Translations under genes and position numbers: made by a program
Notes under the pieces: generated by a model
Databases searched by the model: none
What the model was told of the DNA's origin: nothing
The model's input: the letters and a program-made list of their open reading frames with translations, nothing else
Part shown: positions 63,990 to 64,000 of the stretch, piece by piece
Layout: each line of letters opens with the position of its first letter
How positions within the stretch are numbered: the first letter of the stretch is position 1
DNA from: Protoeuglena noctilucae
Lineage: Eukaryota
Direction: 5' to 3'
Assembly (NCBI GenBank): GCA_958009085.1
Contig: OY253673.1
Location: 1,116,001-1,180,000 of the forward strand
Length of the DNA stretch: 64,000 bases

Positions 63990-64000
63990 CGCGTGCCCAG

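Noticed and set aside
1..64000. Alternative nuclear genetic code (TAA/TAG = Gln, as in some ulvophytes)
   Set aside because: DVR ends in TAA and PEX10, SCO1 and ATP epsilon end in TAG at expected positions; no in-frame TAR codons seen in conserved exons.
1..64000. Transposons, viral inserts, rRNA or tRNA genes
   Set aside because: No transposase, RT, integrase or capsid motifs, terminal repeats or cloverleaf structures recognised by eye; small ncRNAs cannot be excluded without a covariance-model search.

Overview
GC-rich, gene-dense, intron-rich eukaryotic nuclear DNA, most likely from a chlorophyte green alga (inferred from nuclear genes for plastid FtsZ2, TL29, divinyl reductase and a PSR1/PHR-like MYB-CC). 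I reconstructed about 22 spliced genes by hand, so exon boundaries are model-based and lack transcript support. Recognisable genes: ftsZ2 (3' part), HDHD3-like HAD hydrolase, family I pyrophosphatase, FIST protein, PEX10, FF-domain protein, TL29, DVR, F-box/LRR, CysRS, LRRIQ1-like, DNAJC8, SCO1, membrane class III nucleotide cyclase, ADAL/MAPDA, mitochondrial ATP synthase epsilon, MSH4 and MYB-CC. Most notable: (1) a family I pyrophosphatase with a predicted signal peptide and a C-terminal HDEL that appears only after splicing a GC-AG intron, suggesting an ER-lumenal PPase; (2) at least 17 GC-AG introns in the window; (3) a tandem pair of unassigned multi-pass membrane proteins with a Cys-rich loop; (4) a ~8-TM cyclase with a non-canonical specificity pair. 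No rRNA, tRNA, CRISPR or transposon was recognised.
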